A stretch of DNA of 64,000 nt from Iphione sp. A-MEVVRFRX5 (taxonomy: Eukaryota), in the NCBI GenBank assembly GCA_976226885.1, contig OZ320323.1, positions 41,230,001 to 41,294,000 of the forward strand. The letters are read 5' to 3'. The position numbers were made by a program, and so were the translations under genes. The notes under the pieces were generated by a model, which saw only the letters and a program-made list of their open reading frames with translations, was not told the DNA's origin and did not search any database. Positions 63,621 through 64,000 of this stretch are shown one piece after another (within the stretch, counting starts at the first letter, position 1; each line of letters starts with the position of its first letter).

Positions 63621-64000
63621 CTGTAAAGAGAGACACATAAAGGCCACGGGCGCCGGGTTAGCTGAGGTTGGTGGCCATGTGAAAAGAAAACGATTATGTA
63701 TAGCGGTTTGGTTTTGTGACAACCATGTGTGAATGACCTCCCGTGCCCCCATAGCTGTGTTCCTGTGCATATCCGTCTTCTCATAACGTGTTCATTCCTT
63801 TCGCTTTTCTTGTTGTGCATCCTGCTTGTGGATGTTTTCCTACCTGCCTCCATTTGTAAAATTCTAATACTGTGTCTTTGTCAGCCTGGTTGTCGTTCTC
63901 CTCAGCACTCTTCTCTCTCTGTGTATTTTTCCATTTTCCGAACAAAATTAACAAAAGGGGACAAATGTTCATAATCCTGACAATAGACCTGTAATACAAA

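Noticed and set aside
1-64000. CRISPR arrays, prokaryotic operons, rRNA, homeobox or other recognisable domain exons
   Set aside because: None seen. The tandem repeats lack unique spacers and the sequence is clearly eukaryotic non-coding DNA.

Overview
Eukaryotic (invertebrate metazoan) genomic DNA that is almost entirely non-coding. Abundant TACATGTA words, (GA/CT)n, (CA/GT)n and poly-G tracts and a tRNA-derived SINE family suggest an invertebrate deuterostome such as amphioxus; this is inference only. None of the supplied ORFs is a recognisable intact gene, and most are microsatellite or low-complexity artefacts. The window looks like the long intron(s) and regulatory landscape of a minus-strand gene that I cannot name. 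The best coding signal is a short minus-strand terminal exon (45778-45889, ...RTLVNFVPPSPYNLFPV*) with a poly(A) signal. Several other short minus-strand exon candidates (63557-63620, 33910-33941, 33762-33799, 21294-21366) have good splice signals. Two features stand out: (i) a 190-bp cluster of four strong 5' splice sites at 33.76-33.94 kb containing a textbook recursive-splicing motif (branch point, polypyrimidine tract, CAG|GTAAGT) followed by a 38-nt RS-exon-like segment, and (ii) six nuclear-receptor half-sites in 44 bp at 40565-40608 forming a canonical DR2 plus an overlapping DR1/DR5/DR0 (candidate compound retinoic-acid response element). Also present: a perfect DR4, PBX/MEIS/HOX composite sites, CTCF-like sites, two SINE copies, MITE-like elements, decayed LINE and Penelope fragments, a 493-bp tandem duplication, minisatellites, a 92-nt near-perfect hairpin and a 263-N assembly gap.
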